This document shows, piece by piece, positions 63,685 to 64,000 of a stretch of DNA of 64,000 nt. Position 1 is the stretch's first letter; the number at the start of each line of letters is the position of its first letter. The notes under the pieces are model-generated. The model ran no database searches. It was not told the DNA's origin and saw nothing but the letters and a program-made list of their open reading frames with translations. The DNA comes from Basidiobolus meristosporus CBS 931.73 (taxonomy: Eukaryota > Fungi > Basidiobolomycota), in NCBI GenBank assembly GCA_002104905.1, contig MCFE01000260.1:1-64000 (forward strand), given 5' to 3'. Both the position numbers and the translations under genes were made by a program.

Positions 63685-64000
63685 TGTAGTGAAAATTTAT
63701 AATTCCACCTAAATATTCACCTAACTTAGTCACTTATTTCATCACCTTCAAATATCAGAGAATACAGACCATAATCCTTATTGGGATTAACTTAGAATAT
63801 CTCCACAAAAATATCAGGTACCCAGAATATGGAAATTCTCAGAGTTTTACAAACAGCCCCAAACTTTGCACACATGCTCTTGGCACCTTCCCAAACCTTT
63901 TCTATGCGTTTGTTATGCCAAGACCATGCAAAGTATAAATACTAATTATACATTTAATAAATTGTTAGGTGAAAACCACATAATCTACTTGTTCTCACAA
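63685..64000 (+). mobile_element. Diverged copia-A LTR running off the window
   Basis: TGTAGTGAAAATT...TTCCACCTAAATATTCACCTAACTTAGTCAC, colinear with LTR-A. Confidence 0.85.

Noticed and set aside
14600-64000. Classical Neurospora-type RIP as the cause of decay
   Set aside because: CA and TG dinucleotides are abundant and the paired-copy differences examined concentrate at CpG; a CpA->TpA bias was not evident by eye.
1-64000. tRNA, rRNA, telomeric repeats, TET/JBP or KDZ-type cargo, viral genes
   Set aside because: No supporting motifs found on either strand; the DNA-transposon remnants fit CACTA and PHIS motifs instead.

Overview
Eukaryotic, almost certainly fungal DNA (short GT-AG introns with CTAAC/CTGAC-like branch sites). 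An early-diverging, repeat-bloated genome such as an entomophthoralean is a guess only. The window has two compartments. (1) A CpG-rich gene island (~2.65-14.6 kb) holds four conserved intron-containing genes: 14-3-3 (-), a Sec7+PH ARF-GEF (+), a J-domain/DnaJ-X protein with an N-terminal CxxC...CxxC extension (-), and ribosomal protein S24 (+). A small orphan two-exon gene candidate lies at 165-652. (2) A ~49 kb, strongly CpG-depleted nest of transposons. It contains a near-intact Ty1/copia element (15692-20375; 349-bp LTRs with 5 mismatches, CATCT TSD, Ty5/copia-type half-tRNAiMet PBS, one 1-bp deletion) inside an older copy of its own family. It also contains several decayed copia and Ty3/gypsy copies, including a head-to-tail gypsy dimer sharing an LTR, and three CACTA/EnSpm-like elements with CCCTA...TAGGG-type ends. 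The most unusual part is a PIF/Harbinger-superfamily (PHIS) family that makes A-N-T target-site duplications. It occurs as an 8.4-kb self-nested two-gene block (54137-62523), two ~0.7-kb almost fully palindromic MITEs and one 211-bp MITE. Paired repeat copies show reciprocal CG->TG / CG->CA changes, pointing to CpG-methylation-driven decay rather than CpA-type RIP. No rRNA, tRNA or CRISPR was seen. I found no clearly new enzymatic system; the best candidates for novelty are transposon-biology observations. All alignments and counts were done by eye.
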